A stretch of 5,021 nucleotides of DNA, from positions 1-5,021 of the forward strand of contig JBHLKY010000065.1 in NCBI GenBank assembly GCA_048886185.1, written 5' to 3'. This document shows, piece by piece, positions 4,843 to 5,021 of this stretch (the first letter of the stretch is position 1; every line of letters begins with the position of its first letter). The notes under the pieces are model-generated. The model searched no databases and was not told the origin of the DNA. It saw only the letters and a program-made list of their open reading frames with translations. The translations under genes were made by a program, and so were the position numbers. Source of the stretch: Candidatus Hermodarchaeota archaeon. Its GTDB lineage: Archaea; Asgardarchaeota; Heimdallarchaeia; Hodarchaeales; Hodarchaeaceae.

Positions 4843-5021
4843 TTATTTTGATATAATAAATATGTCATAGCCTGAGTTGAGACACATTATACATATCAAG
4901 ATATATGTATTCAGTTCAAATCCAACGTTAAAGCAATAGCTGCAAGGATACCAAAAATAATTACAATTGCCATTCTCGACTTATCATATTAAGAGATAAA
5001 ACTAGCCTTGTTTCTTTCGTT
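4843..5021 (-). pseudogene. Possible disrupted 3' end of a convergent small membrane-protein gene
   Basis: Minus strand from the window edge reads NERNKASFIS*YDKSRMAIVIIFGILAAIALTL. After a frame change near 4923 it continues GFELNTYILICIMCLNSGYDIFIISK* (stop 4843-4845). This gives two TM-like segments but requires one in-frame TAA (4989-4991) and one frameshift. Confidence 0.25.

Noticed and set aside
1-5021. CRISPR arrays, tRNA/rRNA, IS ends or transposase, DNA-level tandem repeats
   Set aside because: None seen. The propeller repeats are diverged at DNA level and apparent only in the protein.

Overview
AT-rich window (roughly one-third GC by eye) that looks archaeal. The evidence is a BRE/TATA-like promoter, a wHTH+2TM regulator family known to me from archaea, and sequon-rich surface proteins with C-terminal anchors and no lipobox. 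An Asgard/Heimdallarchaeia-like origin is plausible but is inference. The core is a co-oriented three-gene + strand cluster: (1) a family-5 (Opp/Dpp/Nik-type) solute-binding protein with an extra ~150-aa C-terminal domain and a C-terminal membrane anchor; (2) a winged-helix regulator with two C-terminal TM helices, whose likely ATG overlaps the SBP stop (TAATG); (3) a secreted 7-repeat beta-propeller with a short C-terminal sorting/anchor signal. No ABC permease or ATPase lies in the window. The main hypothesis is that the SBP serves as an extracellular receptor for a membrane-tethered transcription factor. The flanks hold the 3' end of an upstream gene, a doubtful small ORF and a possibly disrupted convergent membrane-protein frame. 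No RNA genes, CRISPR arrays or mobile elements were recognised.
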